DNA of 63,048 nt, counting the filler, from Choristocarpus tenellus KU-1152 (Eukaryota > Protista > Phaeophyceae), in the NCBI GenBank assembly GCA_964200185.2. It is 10 parts of 10 records of this genome, joined end to end, with 100 filler letters (N's around TTAATTAATTAA, not from the genome) between each part and the next. Parts side by side here need not be neighbours in the genome. Positions count along the whole stretch, not along the records: positions 42,926 to 56,786 come from CAXNAD020001343.1; positions 56,887 to 60,021 come from CAXNAD020022076.1; positions 60,122 to 63,048 come from CAXNAD020023592.1; 7 more parts are not named here. The stretch is one strand, 5' to 3'. A program made the position numbers and the translations under genes. Under the pieces are notes generated by a model. That model ran no database searches. It was not told where the DNA came from and worked only from the letters and a program-made list of their open reading frames with translations. Numbering within the stretch: the stretch's first letter is position 1; every line of letters starts with the position of its first letter. Below are positions 51,337-63,027 of this stretch, piece by piece.

Positions 51337-51386
51337 AAATATGTAATTGGAAATATGTAATTGGAAATATGTAATTGGAAATATGT
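51337..51386. repeat. 14-bp tandem repeat
   Basis: (AAATATGTAATTGG)x3.5. Confidence 0.9.
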
Positions 51387-52803
51387 ACTTTGAAGTGTCC
51401 TCCTCGGACTCCAGTGTGACTGGGGATGAAGGATTCAGTGTTCATGTTGATGTGTCAATTTTTCTGCAGTACTTGCTATTAATGCAGCTATTAGTACAGC
51501 TATTGGTACAGCTATTCCTGTGTTGTATTTATGCAGCTGTAGGTGCAGGTGATGGGCATTGTGGTGATACTGTTACTGGAATAGTGGACAAAGGCGACAG
51601 AGATGGTGCAAGTATGGTTCTCTTTGGTATCGTGTCAGTCCTCTCTTGTTGTTGTGCTTACTTATGCAGACTACTGAAAATGTTTTGAAATGTTTTTCAA
51701 CAGCATTTATTTTCACCTCCTTATCCTTCTGGTTTGATGTTGGAGTCCTGGTAGTTGGTAGTTCATCTTGTCTCTAGTCTCTAATGTGAAATGAATGTGA
51801 ATGCATGCTCACCAATACTTATCCCATCTATACAGCACTATGGATAGTTGGATAGTGTTAGAGAGTTATGCCCAGGCACATATCCTACACCTGTATTGTG
51901 TTGTCATTAGTATGAATGTATTTTTGTATTTCTTTGTGTGTTTATTGTATGCTATTGTGCATTTTTGAAGTATGGTACTGCAGTGTCAATGATGGCGCTC
52001 TTGGTGTTGATGTGTGGTGACTTGATGTATTTTGTTATTAATAGTGTACAATTATGTAACATTCATAATTTATGTAGTCACTACTGTTTCAACAATCCCA
52101 TGTCTGTTGATTGGCTCGATGATACTGCTACTGAACTTGAGGCAGATACCTATGCCATACTTCATTTGCTTGACATCAAGAACACAATTCACTGGTATTC
52201 TTTGTAGTTAGTTGGATGCATCAAACACCAACCCTTGAACAACCCTTGAACGGATATAGGGGAGAAGGAGAGTTCCTAAAGTGTGTGTTGGTCTTTGGTT
52301 GTTCTTGCATAGGTCTTGACTGTGAAACCATCTGGGCACAGCTGCAACTTTGGAATAAGCCTGTCTTGAAGCATACAAGAAAGGCTGTGGACAAGCTTCT
52401 GGAGAGCAATGATATATCAGTGAGTTAAGAAGATTGCGGTTACTCTTTGACAAAACCCTGAAACTTGATGTTTAGTATTTATTAACAGTAATAACAATAG
52501 CATTATCTTTTAAGTGCAAATTAGGTACATTGTTGACATGGTCAAGAAGAAGATAAAAACATCAGAAGAAGCAATGAGTACTCTTTGCAAGTATTTGTAT
52601 TGGTAGTATATTTAGTATTTGTAGTACATGTTTTTACAGGTTAGTATTGGTATTACAGTTGATGTTAGTGGTACTATATTTAGGGTGGTAGAGTTAGGGA
52701 GTCAATGTAAGAACGGAGGGATGTGTCAAAGTGCCATGACCCTATATGGTGCAGTTGGTTTTTCTCCACCAAACTTTATAATCTACATACCCTAACAGAT
52801 GCA

Positions 52804-52805
<2 letters not shown>

Positions 52806-52848
<43 letters not shown>

Positions 52849-52866
52849 ACGCGTGTGTGTGTGTGT
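52806..52866. repeat. (TG)n microsatellite
   Basis: Dinucleotide run. Confidence 0.97.
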
Positions 52867-53327
52867 TTGGGTTCATAGCTGATGTGGTTACATAGCTGAT
52901 GTGGTTACACTAGTGATTCAGTTCTCGATCCAGGGGATGTCTTTACTGCCTTGAGAAGAGTACTTTGGTAGTACTTTGGTAGGTACGGTTTACTACACTT
53001 AATACCTGGAAGTGCTATTTTTAATATCATGGGTAGACAGATACGTACTCTTTGGTACAATATCATGTATGTATGTAATATGACTGAGAGTAGAGATTGT
53101 GATTGATTGCTGATTATTTTAGTGATTTATTTGATGTAAGAACAGTAGCAATAAATGTCTACATTAGCAATATTATTAACAGTATTATTTTCTTTGGCGA
53201 TGATAATGTTAAAATATAATATTATTTTTAAGGATTTTTAGAAACACAAGCTGTTCCAGAATATTTTGGAATCAGCAGGATGGTTTGTAATAGACGATTC
53301 CCTTCATCAATGGAAAAATGTATTGAC

Positions 53328-53358
53328 TTAGGTTAGGGTTAGGGTTAGGGTTAGGGTT
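53328..53358 (+). repeat. Interstitial telomere-type repeat
   Basis: TTAGG(TTAGGG)4. Confidence 0.85.
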
Positions 53359-56131
53359 AATTGTTGTGGGCAGAAAGGGGTGGGGGTCAATTTTTGGATT
53401 AGGGACAAGGCCAGACCTTGGTGGGGGTGTCTTGATTAAGTTATGACTAAGTGGCCAAGGAAAAGTAGTAATAAAATGTTAATGTAAGTGTTAATAAAAT
53501 GTTACTGTTAATGTTAATGTATAGTAATACCATCACAACAGCTGTACAACATGGTAGTTTCCAAGAACTCTAGGAACACAGATCTCTAGAATGGAAAAGA
53601 GCTTGATGATGACAAGTGGTGCAAAATGATTTCGCAGATGTCAGCTACCTCTGACAAAGTCTAGTCTCTACCTCTGACAAAGTCTAGTCTCTCGGACAAA
53701 GACATAGTGACTGATCTTGAAGATGCAACTATTAGTAACACTACTAGTAACACTATTAGTAAGAGCCAATTTTCTGTTCTTCATCCCATAGGTACATTTA
53801 TATGCTTGATTTTGGTGGCAAAATAACCAATATTTGGATCTTCTAAGATCATCCCCAAATGATTGATATTTTAAAATGAGATGTAGCTGTGACCATTTTG
53901 TACCACTTCTTAACATCGAGTTCATTCCTGCTCAAGTGTCACATTCCAATATATTTACACCATGTGAGTGACAATATTTGAAACTTTACAAAATGTTATT
54001 TTTGACATACTAATATTATTGACTGAAAATGTTAATTTGATATTACTGCTACTGATAGAAACTGTTTTTTACTTTTATGTAATTTTATTAGCAGAGTATG
54101 TTTAATTTTATACACAATGTTATAACGATAAATGGTTGCTGATTTTGTAGATAGTGAATGTTTCCAAAAAAGGTCCTTGGACCGCTTGAACCAGCATAGA
54201 AATGTGATGAGTGAATTAATGATCCACTGGGGGTGCGTTGGAAAGGTGATGATGTTATCAACACTTTCCAATTGTCATTTTTTAATTACATCCTATTGTT
54301 ATGACCCTCAGGAAACATTCTAACATTTTAATGCTATATTATAATACTTGGGGACGATAAGGAATTGTCCATTTGATTTTTTGTGACTGAAGTGTGCACA
54401 TCTCCATCTCTTAACTACTGATATCATTTTTGTCTGGAAAATAGTGAGCTGACACAATCAGCTTTGAATGGAACAGTGAATGATCTCTATACTAGTCTGG
54501 AAAATAGTCAGGAGATACAAGTTGGAGTGAAGTATTTTATTTTACACCTCACAACACTCTCGTTCACCATAAAGCCAGTTTGTACAGTATTGTGGTGATT
54601 ATGGTGTCTTTTAATTTGTCATTGAATGCATATTGTTTGTAGCGTATTTCTTAACTTGTATTGTCTTAACTAGTATACCTTTTCTACAATATCTTATTTA
54701 TTACATTCAATGTAAATATAGTTGGTATAACTTTTTGTATTTTATTTTGTAGTTGATGTGTTAGTATTACATCAATAGTATTACATCAATGGCATTACAT
54801 CAATAGTATTACATCGATTGTAACAGTAGTATGTGTGAATTGACAAACAAGGCAAGTCACTCACCTCCAAGTATAACATAATATATTGTAACCCAGTATA
54901 ACATATTAACCCTTTACATGCATGCAAGAACAAGCTACAGTACCTACATGTAAGATGGTGTGTTAACCAGGTATGTGAAATGATTGTATCCATGGTGTTA
55001 CGTACTGTTGAAGTATTGGTGAAACTGCCGTTGCTTGTGGAGTACTATATTAGTATTAGTATTAATAATAGTAATGGTATTAGTTGGATCTCTTGTGCTG
55101 TGGAAATGTCTCAAGCTGTATTTGGTGCATTCATTGGTCAATTAAATAAGAAAACAGGGGTAGTATGTATTGAGTACTTACATTCAGTACATAGTTTGGT
55201 TGATTGTGTCACAGTCGATTACCATCTCCTGCATACATACATAATTTCCACATGTCTGAATCAAGAAATACGCATGCCATCCTGTCATGAGATGCCTATC
55301 TGCATGTGTCATGTCGTATTCAGTCTATCTAAACATAATATTTCTATTATTATTTTACTGTGTTTATATATCGTGGATGGTGTGCTACAGCTTGCAGCTG
55401 ACTTACCAACAGATGATGAGAATGAAGATGGGGAGGAAGAGAATGGAGTGAATGAAACTATGGACTCTGAGACAGAGAGTGAGGGCATGGACAGTGATGA
55501 TGTGGTGGTGGACAAGGAGTTGCAATCAGACGAGGAATGTGATCTTGAGTCATCATCAGAGTCATCATCAGACGGTGGACTAAATGACAATGACATTGAC
55601 AAGCAGAAGGAGACAAAGACCTCTAAGTCATCCTCTAAGTCAGTAGAGAAGGGTGGAATGAAAAAGGTGAGGTAAAGTGCTTCATGGAGAGTTAAATAGT
55701 GTGTATTGTGATTTTGTAAGGTTGTGGGATGTCTTGTGAGGTTTGACTTGACTCCAGTTAGGTGTGTGTCAGTTTGTGTACATGTTGAACTGGCATGTTG
55801 AACTGTGTCTTGATTGTGTTTGTTGATTTCCTTGTCTTCCTGTCGTATTTGTTGAGGGTATAGCAACTCATGGTGTACCTCTTCTCCGTTATTGACCTCA
55901 TGTACTATACCTTGTTTTGACAGTTTGAGCATTGGTTGTTATGGTCATATAGAGCTATCGGAGCAACTCTGTAGTAAATCCCATATGAAGTAGCCCTAAC
56001 CTCTTGCACTGAGTAGTCCCAGTTAAGGAGTTTGTTTTGTTTTTGATACAATTTTTATATACACCTCTCATGGGAAATTTGATGGGAGAATTTGCAAGTA
56101 TTGATACAACACTATTAAAATCATTGTCGGT

Positions 56132-56240
56132 GTAGTACTATTAATACTACTGTTGATATTATACTATTGGTATAGTACTATTAATACTACTGTTGATATT
56201 ATACTATTGGTATAGTACTATTTACACTATTATTGGCATA
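56132..56240. repeat. ~42-bp tandem repeat
   Basis: TAGTACTATTAATACTACTGTTGATATTATACTATTGGTA repeated about 2.5 times. Confidence 0.85.
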
Positions 56241-56659
56241 ATACTAGTAAATACCTAGTTGATTCTCGTTGTGCTGGTGTTGTTGGGATATTTGTGGGTT
56301 TGTCTGCACCAGTGTGTGATTCATCCCTCATAGTCCTGGTTACAGTATCATTACAATCATCACGCAGTAAAATAGTGCTATTGTCCTGCTAGTAACAATA
56401 ATAGCCCACATGACTACGTTGCCATTCTGAGAGTTACCGACTATCCTCTGCTGCTCTGAGTGCTACAGAAGCACCGACCGATAACATGATCTTTCTTCTT
56501 GAAGAGAATGCAGTATCAGATGGACTAACTGCCAGTTCAAGGCAGTATTAGATGTGTGACATGACAGTATCAGATGTGTGATATTACAGTATCAGATGTG
56601 TGACATCACTCTACATTTTGTGTCTTGTCTCATGAATAAGTTATACCCATTACGGTGCA

Positions 56660-56786
56660 TTTACTACTAATTACTAAATAATATGTTTACTACTAATTAC
56701 TAAATAATATGTTTACTACTAATTACTAAATAATATGTTTACTACTAATTACTAAATAATATGTTTACTACTAATTACTAAATAAT
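56660..56786. repeat. 26-bp AT-rich minisatellite running into the gap
   Basis: (TTTACTACTAATTACTAAATAATATG)x~5. Confidence 0.95.
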
Positions 56787-56886
56787 NNNNNNNNNNNNNN
56801 NNNNNNNNNNNNNNNNNNNNNNNNNNNNNNTTAATTAATTAANNNNNNNNNNNNNNNNNNNNNNNNNNNNNNNNNNNNNNNNNNNN
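56787..56886. other. Artificial contig spacer
   Basis: N44-TTAATTAATTAA-N44. Confidence 0.98.
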
Positions 56887-56908
56887 CCCCCCCCAGTTAC
56901 TTTGAGCC
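56887..56908. mobile_element. MITE terminus with poly-C at contig start
   Basis: CCCCCCCCAGTTACTTTGAGCC. Confidence 0.7.
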
Positions 56909-57759
56909 TGAAGTGGTTCCTTAAGACAATGAGTCTTCAAGAAGGGGAGGTTCCTCTGATCATTGTACTTGAACAAGCGATGAATGTAACACTAATGACC
57001 CTTCGTATTTTAATATTATTATAAGTATCATATGGAGGAGGTTTGGCATGTAGCCACGTTGAGGACGTACAGATATATACAATTAATTATATATTATGTC
57101 CTCTCACATCTTCCACATGTGTCAGCGAAAAAGTCAATTCAATATTATAACGCAGTAGAACAAATATTCTAACCCCAAACAGAATAAGTTGCACCAAATA
57201 AGCAAATATGAGGGGGGTACGATAAAAAATGTTCGTTGGCCACTATATTCTTCTTGCAAATGATATTATATATATTGAAAGAGCACATGTATGTAGTAGA
57301 AGTAGTACATAATTTCATACAGGATAATATATATAAGATAGCAGTCAAGGACCCGAAGTGGAACCACAATATACAAGGGATCTTTTGAGCATGTTGTAGG
57401 GGGTGGTAGGGGGACCTAGGGCCTTAGTCGGAAGGGAGCAGTGAAGGCACTCCTGTGACAAATTGTGTCAGTTACTAACTGCTCATTCAAATAGCAATCT
57501 CAGTGTCGTGCCTTTTAAACTGGAGACAACGGGTTTGTGGGTCTAGGAGGCAGAGTTTGACTGACCCGGGGGATTTCTTGAGTTTCACTTGCTTCTTGAG
57601 CGCCTTCATAGTATGGGTGTAGGACCAATATCAACTATTATTATTTTACATAGTAGTGTTAGTAAAACTACTATCATTGATAATTTCTTGTTTTCTTGTA
57701 TTCAGATGGTATTAACACAATTGTTGGTATTGTACGCATGTGATGGACATCTAATTATT

Positions 57760-57938
57760 GAGTCAAAGTATCTGAGAGGATAAACCTGCGTCCATTCGGG
57801 GATCAACATTCATTGTTGTGATTTTGATGTAATTTTGGCTATCGTGTTTGTTAAGAAGTGTCGATATCCTTATTCTAAACACACCTTTTAATATCATACA
57901 CATTTTACCTACTCCGAAACATTTCGGAGTAGGAAAAG
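57760..57938. mobile_element. Truncated ~260-bp subfamily MITE, very similar to 27483-27740
   Basis: GAGTCAAAGTATCTGAGAGGATAAACCTG...CCTACTCCGAAACATTTCGGAGTAGG. Confidence 0.9.
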
Positions 57939-58249
57939 TTATAATGTATATAGTTTTCATTGGTTTTCCCCTGACACATCTGTAAAATGTCAGAGGGCAT
58001 AATAATATAATATTGATGTGTTGTTTTGTTAATGTTTATACCTTTCCTACATGACAACCTCAAAAACGTGTCAGTGGACACAATATATATATTCTTTATT
58101 ATGCCCTTTTGTGGAAAGCATATTTGTCTGTTGTTATATCGTTATTGCCGTATGCCATATACTATTACACCGTTGTACCGATTGAGGTTCCTTGTCAAGC
58201 ATCCGTGATTCCACTGGCGGACCTTCCGTCAGAATGAAACCATGGAATC

Positions 58250-59330
58250 TCTTCACGAGACCAATCCCCCAGACTTAGGACAGTTCGTCATTCAGAGTTG
58301 TCATATATAAAAGATCCACTTTGTTCTCATGTCTTGACTTGTAGTCATGAGGCCCTTCGTTGATGATGCTCATCACTCCTCAATTTATACTTGTCCAACC
58401 TTAACCTTCTACCCTCGGTTACGGCTTGTCTTTGTTTGTCTGGCTCAAAGTATCTGGGAGGGGGTGGTGGCTGTCCATTTGGGGTCAATTTTTTCATCTT
58501 GTGATTTTTGGGTGATTTGGTTGCATACGTCGGATGGATAATGTATGTGCACTTTTCCTGGTTATGGTCCAAATGGACACCCTGGTGCAGACCCCCCCTC
58601 CCCCCCACAGATACTTTGGGTTGCTAGTCCATCTTGCCCGATGATTCTCTTCACCGCCCTTGCTTGAGTGAACCATGCTGCCACAGAATCACACGATTCA
58701 TATCGGCGACACCGGTGACCTCAGAAATAGGGTGACGGGGAATTTCTGTTTGACCACGGACGAAAGATGCCAAACTCAAGGTGGAGGCGAAGATGTTGTG
58801 CACAGGAGCGCATGACTCCAGGTCTGGAACCATCCAGAATACCAGAAGAGGAGATCCAAGGTCATGGGTCTACGGAAGACATGGAGTCTTCAACACATAT
58901 CGATTCTGACTTGTCTAGTGTCAACTCTACGTCATCCGGTAACATAGCACCTGCTGAATGTAAATGCGGTTCCCCCCCTTCCCCTCTTACAGATCGTCAG
59001 GCTCATGCCAGACTCGTGTCGTCAACCCTTGAGCATCGTGTTAGCTCTCAGGCGACCGTGACACTCATCGGGTCCTGTTTCAGGAAGAATCGGTCCCGCC
59101 TCCAAGTTCTACTGCTTGTGAAGTGGCCATTTCGCAGGCCAAGTTCGGTGATGGTGTACCAGCGTTCATCGCGCCCACATCAACGAGTGCACAAGAACAA
59201 ACACTGTGCCTCCTGAATGGCTTCAGGACCTGATGAAACTCCAAGTTCGGGAAATGTGCACCGATCACGTAAGACCTGTTGAATAGAGTAGCGACGTCGC
59301 ACACCCACAACCACTGTCAGAAGGGAGTCG
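58250..59330 (-). mobile_element. 3' end of a Ty3/gypsy element: chromodomain-like relic, PPT and LTR
   Basis: Minus strand reads YSIQQVLRDR...AQCLF...GRDERWYTITEL (~59140-59300), then purine-rich AAGCAAGGGCGG|TGAAGAG at ~58665-58647. ACTTGTCCAAC.TTAACCT is shared with ~60229. Confidence 0.45.
58442..58623. mobile_element. Poly-C subfamily MITE inserted in an LTR-like sequence
   Basis: GGCTCAAAGTATCTGGG...CAGATACTTTGGGTT; colinear with 41080-41256. Confidence 0.9.
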
Positions 59331-59495
59331 TTTCAGGTTTTCCGCTTCGTAAATACCATCAGGTCTGACAATTACAGGTTCTGTAGAAGAAGATTTGCCA
59401 CTCCTGTTCTCTAAATGGCATGTGGCAATTTCCTTGCATTCTAGTCAGTATGGTCCAGCATCCCCTCAAACAATTGATGCTCGGTGGGTAGAATT

Positions 59496-60021
59496 TTTAC
59501 CAAAGAATTCTTCGTCCATGTTGATGCCAGTGAGAGTGGTGCTGGAGGTTTTTTAGCACAATTTCGATCCGATAATCCTGCAGACCTAAAGTATCATTGC
59601 ATACTTCAGCAAGAAATTTAATGAAGCTCGACGTCACTATTCAGCTACATTAAGAGAGTGTTATGCAGTCGTCACAGCTATCACTCATTGGCGACCGTAT
59701 CTTTGGGGTAGACACTTTACCTGCATCATAGATCATGCTGCATTGTGTTACTTATATAGAATGCAGGATACCAGTAACATGCTTACTCGTTGGGCTATTG
59801 CGCTCCAAGCTTATGATTTCGCAGTCAAACACAAGCCCGGTAAGCTCAATGTTATACCTGATCTCGTATTTTCAAGCTTGAGGAACAGGAGAAATACGTT
59901 GCTCCAATGCTGGCACCAATCTGTCATAATGTGCCTGAAGGTAGTCGTGCATTTACCACACGTGTTCAAAAGGAATATGAGTTATCTGCTTCTAACCTTG
60001 ACCAAGCAACGCCCGTCCAAA
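59496..60021 (+). mobile_element. Ty3/gypsy pol RNase H domain fragment (frameshifted)
   Basis: FTKEFFVHVDASESGAGGFLAQ, IIAYFSKKFNEARRHYSATLRECYAVV, HWRPYLWGRHFTCIIDHAAL, LTRWAIALQAYDFAVKHKPGKLNVIPD. Confidence 0.95.
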
Positions 60022-60121
60022 NNNNNNNNNNNNNNNNNNNNNNNNNNNNNNNNNNNNNNNNNNNNTTAATTAATTAANNNNNNNNNNNNNNNNNNNNNNN
60101 NNNNNNNNNNNNNNNNNNNNN
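60022..60121. other. Artificial contig spacer
   Basis: N44-TTAATTAATTAA-N44. Confidence 0.98.
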
Positions 60122-60382
60122 GCCCAAAACTTTCCACCGCAAAGGTGTTGAGGTTATAACTACGAGGATCCTCTCTCACTATATCCTCTGTCTGTCAGTT
60201 CCTGTAGTTTTTGTACAAACTGTCTTGCACTTGTCCAACTTTAACCTCATCCTCTAGGTTTCGGTTCGTCTTGGTTCGTCTGGTCCATCTTGTGCGGCGC
60301 TACACTTTCCTGGGGTTGATTCTGTGCAATATAGACTGATAGTATAAACGGTTTATATCCATTTAGTGAACACCTCTAGACA
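60122..60382. mobile_element. LTR-like relic related to 58250-58653
   Basis: Shares ACTTGTCCAAC.TTAACCT...GGTT.CGG.T.GTCTT.G and GTCCATCTTG. Confidence 0.45.
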
Positions 60383-60384
60383 AC

Positions 60385-60478
60385 AGGAATGTCGGCAAAG
60401 TGGTACAAGTGTCGACGATTTCTGTTCGTGAGTGTGAAGTAATGAGTTCGAATCTCAGAAGCTTGGATTTTTTTACTT
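60385..60478 (+). mobile_element. tRNA-derived SINE-like head (Pol III A/B boxes)
   Basis: A-box-like GGCAAAGTGG, B-box GAGTTCGAATCTC, then a T7 run. No cloverleaf. Confidence 0.4.
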
Positions 60479-60810
60479 GATACAAGTGGACTGTTGGAGG
60501 AATTGTGAAATAGTACTAACTACACAGAACAAGTGATATAGTACGACGTAACGGCAGGACAAGTTTTAATGTGTCAGCTGATGAGTCAGCTAATATATGA
60601 AACAAACAATAAGATAATAAGAGAGAGCACTTCCCACCAATGAGGGCTGTGCTCACTCCGCTAATAAACATATCCATATAACACAAAGCAAAATACTCTA
60701 CTTGAGTATTTTTCTTTTGCATTGATTCTTATTATTGATATTTCAAGAAGAATAGTAGTTGAAGTATTAGTATATATATATTTTGCTATTTTCTTACAAT
60801 AGTATTTAAT

Positions 60811-60860
60811 CATTGGTTTCCCCCCTGACATATCTGCAAAATGTCAGGGGGTATAATAAT
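60811..60860 (+). mobile_element. HINE/Helentron-like 3' hairpin end (other copies at ~28151-28190, ~39895-39935, ~57958-58005)
   Basis: Perfect 11-bp stem CCCCCTGACAT/ATGTCAGGGGG followed by TATAAT; the AAAATGTCAG.GGG.A.AAT end recurs four times. Confidence 0.55.
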
Positions 60861-61189
60861 AAAAATAGTATTTAATTATCTACATTAATCTTACTAAATC
60901 CAAACATTCCGCAAAATACGAAGAAAGTTGTGTGATGTATATATATCGAACTTTCTTCATATATACCATGTTCAAAAAACAAGGTTGACTTATCATGGAC
61001 CCCAATCTGGTTGTCAATCTCGCCACTTTAGCTCCGCAGGTGCACCCACCTCAGGAAATATGTAACCAATGTCATCATCATCAAGTCTGTGCAAAACATT
61101 GATCGGGCTCATCACTTACTCCAGTGATTACACGCACGAATACCTTCGCTTAGTACACCAGTATGTGCTTCCCTCCTGTACCTTGACAG

Positions 61190-62160
61190 GGTCATGCGCT
61201 GTTTGGAGGAACTTTGATATGGTCCGACGAATTCGGGGGAAATTCCCTAGACAAGTGAGTTTCGAACAATACCTGGATTGGGTTTGGCTACGAACTGGAT
61301 GAGGGATGACAAACAGAGCATTTCAACAATCGATTGTGTGCTTGCGCTTTCAAGGGGGGGGGGTGCAACAAATATGAAGAAATAGGCGAGTGGATGTAGA
61401 GTTATACACAAGACACTGTGACCAGGTGGGCAATGGTAACCTCCTACGATTGAAGAACCCTCTTCTTCTTCGGTTACGTGACAAAACCTTGAGGAAGGGT
61501 AACTACTGTAGCTTTTGAAATTATGATGGTGTGGAAGTGGAAAAAATATCAGAGTTGACGTTTCCTGAAATAGTGCTTGTGTGAAAGTCTTTCATCAGCC
61601 GAGCACCCTCCAACGTCTGTTGAAGGGTCTTGTCCTCACTTCGCGCCTTGTGTGGAAGACATCAAACCTTCGTTGACCTTGTTGTGCGTAGTACACACCA
61701 CGCGCACTATCGGCCACATACACTTAGACTAAACTTTGTACTCTCTGACCCATTCATTGCTGACAGGTACAATTACTTCTCACTTGTCCTCTCGTATTCT
61801 ACATCCACGTTGGGCGATACAACTCGCATTCTAACATTGTCAAATGAATTTCTTACCTGATGTCCTCATGCGGGGATGGCTATTGGTAATGATACTGCGG
61901 CTGTTATATGTTATACTTGGTTTCATAATTTTCCCTTTGTTCCCGTGTGCATGGAATTATGTGAATGGCTGCTGTCACTGGGGGCTATTCTAGGACTAAA
62001 TGGAGCTACTCTCTTGGAAATGGCTGCCCAAACAACTGCTACTGGGGCAATAGGGAGTTGCAGTCCTACACCAACGAGAAGAGGAATGTGGAGGTCAAAG
62101 AGGGAATATTACGACTCCAGGCAGAAAAAAGGCCGACTGGTGGTATGGAGTACGCCTCAG
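61190..62160 (+). CDS. Glycoside hydrolase family 16 (laminarinase/beta-1,3-glucanase-like), N-terminal exons 61190-61254 and 61994-~62160, partial
   Basis: Phase-2 splice gives GGTLIWSDEFGGNSLDK|TKWSYSLGNGCPNNCYWGNRELQSYTNEKRNVEVKEGILRLQAEK...YASG, with the WxDEF, WGNxELQxYT and YxSG motifs. The catalytic ExDxxE lies outside the window. Confidence 0.9.
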
Positions 62161-62658
62161 GTGCACGAACTAGAGACCTTACTAAAGTATTGATTGATTG
62201 TTGCAAAAAATAAGCATGTAAATATGCTTTTTTCTGTCTGTGACCAAGTACTTCTTATACATCGCCTTTGTTGTGCTTATTGTGGGCTACTTCCAAGTGC
62301 ACACTATCATGCGTCTTGGGGTACACAGTAGCATCGTTCCCCTTGAGTAATGTAATGTGCATACGCAAGTCTCCTCAACTTTTTGCTCATCCATGATTTG
62401 ACTCATCAAGAGCATATACTATCTCCAACCAGCTCACAGGAAGGTATCATGAACATTAGATTCCTTGTACTATGTAGTGCATGTCTATGGAAGATGGAAC
62501 TGGTACATATATATATATATATCCTTTCCAACAGCCCTGCAGTATAGGGACTCAAGTAGACCCAGGTTTGCTTCCTGTGCAACACTGAGCAGCAAAGGGT
62601 TTGTATGTTTACAAACACGCCAACAACAGCTGGAAATAGTCAAGCCTTTAGTAGATAG

Positions 62659-62917
62659 GAGCAAGAGTATCTTAGAGGGTACACCCGCGTCCGCTTGGGG
62701 TTCAAAATCCAATGTTGCGATTTTGATGTAATTTTGGCTATTGTGTTTGTGAGGAAGTGTCAATATCTATGTTTCGGACACACGTTTTCATAACATACAC
62801 ATTTCACTTACGCCTAAGCAGTTTGGAGTAGCAAACCGTCATTAAAAAAAAAATGGGAAGTCGAGCCCCAAATGGACAAACAGTGCAAAACTCATACCCT
62901 CTAAGATACTTTCACAC
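62659..62917. mobile_element. Full-length ~260-bp Sola2-like MITE in a GH16 intron
   Basis: GAGCAAGAGTATCTTAGAGGGTA...TACCCTCTAAGATACTTTCACAC. TAGG flanks both ends if the left end has lost 1 bp. Confidence 0.9.
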
Positions 62918-63027
62918 TAGGCTCATTGGCCTTTCTGAGTCTGGGCTCTTAACTATTGACTTCCTTTCCGACTACCACTCAAGTGCAAACCTATTGCCAA
63001 CACCTGAGTACAACAGCAAGCTGCTGT

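Larger units (their letters stand above)
52070..56550 (+). pseudogene. Decayed multi-exon gene or transposon accessory gene; includes an open acidic exon-like block at 55391-55666
   Basis: Series of AG...GT-bounded GC-richer blocks (~52076-52420, 52525-52590, 53242-53319, 54151-54246, 55391-55666) separated by AT-rich simple-repeat spacers; several contain stops. Confidence 0.35.

Noticed and set aside
55309-55932. 207-aa Ser-rich minus-strand ORF
   Set aside because: Antisense shadow of the acidic low-complexity + strand block.
5538-60121. Nine identical TTAATTAATTAA motifs embedded in N runs
   Set aside because: Synthetic six-frame-stop linkers between contigs. ORFs that run into X characters are artefacts.
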